DNA of 64,000 nt. Origin: Felis catus. Its lineage: Eukaryota. Under the pieces are notes generated by a model. It saw only the letters and a program-made list of their open reading frames with translations, had not been told where the DNA came from and made no database searches. Positions within the stretch are counted from its first letter, which is position 1; each line of letters starts with the position of its first letter. Position numbers and translations under genes: made by a program. The stretch spans positions 9,612,001 through 9,676,000 of the forward strand of contig NC_058369.1 in the NCBI RefSeq assembly GCF_018350175.1, read 5' to 3'. This document shows positions 63,348 to 64,000 of this stretch, piece by piece.

Positions 63348-64000
63348 TGGAGTCCTAACTCCCCAGAACCTCAGAATGGAATCTTAATTTGGAAATGGGG
63401 CGCCTGGGTGGCGCAGTCGGTTAAGCGTCCGACTTCAGCCAGGTCACGATCTCGCAGTCTGGGAGTTCGAGCCCCGCGTCGGGCTCTGGGCTGATGATGG
63501 CTCAGAGCCTGGAGCCTGTTTCCGATTCTGTGTCTCCCTCTCTCTCTGCCCCTCCCCTGTTCATGCTCTGTCTCTCTCTGTCCCAAAAATAAATAAACGT
63601 TGGAAATAGGGTTGGGGTTGGGGCTCCTGGGTTGCTGAGTCAGTTAAGCATCCAACTTCAGCTCAGGTCATGATCTCATGGTTCAGGAATTTGAGCCCCA
63701 AGTCGGGCTCTGTGCTGACAGCTCAGAGCCTGGAGCCTGCTTCGGATTCTGTGTCTCCCTCTCTCTCTGCCCCTCCTTCGCTCACGCTCTGTCTCTGTCT
63801 CTGTCTCTCTCTCTCAAAAATAAAAACATCAAAAAAAATTATTTTTTAAGTTTATGTATTTATTTTGAGAGAGAGAGAGCGTGTGAGTGGGGGGAGAGAC
63901 AGAAAGATGGGGAGAACGAGAGAGAATCCCAAGCTGAGAGGGTGGAGCCCGAAGCGGGGTTCGATCCCACAAACGGTGGGATCATGACCTGAGCTGAAAC
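61920..64000. mobile_element. Old L1M fragment plus CanSINE cluster (62061-62310, 62481-62697, 63007-63222, 63397-63600, 63620-63845 plus; 63845-64000 minus); (TA)n at 63317-63345
   Basis: SINEC motifs; ttgttcacaatagcc...aaatgtccatc. Confidence 0.85.

Noticed and set aside
1..64000. Prokaryote-type systems (CRISPR arrays, operons, tRNA or rRNA genes)
   Set aside because: Sequence is mammalian; tRNA-like A/B boxes all belong to CanSINE heads, and there are no regularly spaced repeat-spacer arrays

Overview
Mammalian genomic DNA from a felid: roughly 60 tRNA-derived CanSINEs of the SINEC_Fc type and a carnivore L1 3' end, in a GC- and CpG-rich, repeat-dense region. Almost all six-frame ORFs are SINE, microsatellite or GC-rich artefacts. 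The real signal is on the minus strand. A CpG island at about 25.9-26.7 kb holds a fully delimited 314-nt exon (26407..26094: branch point, polypyrimidine tract, AG, and GA|GTGAGT donor) encoding ...LKRRGGVVDHRDVILAHQAHKVHSTPQARRKEW(E). From memory, not a search, this resembles the N-terminal extension of long Cav2 calcium-channel isoforms, most likely CACNA1A; its canonical exon 1 would lie beyond the left edge of the window. A second CpG island at about 38.3-40.3 kb has promoter-like motifs and a strong donor after ATG CGA TAC AG, in the same phase 2. This suggests a far-upstream, multi-promoter 5' architecture with a frame-switching cassette exon. Also present: a ZNF143 plus USF/CLEAR promoter-like element near 1.4 kb, two CTCF motifs, a TSD-flanked U2 snRNA retro-fragment, a 5'-truncated L1, and many old MIR, L2, MaLR, ERVL and hAT relics. 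Repeat boundaries are approximate and family names come from visual recognition.
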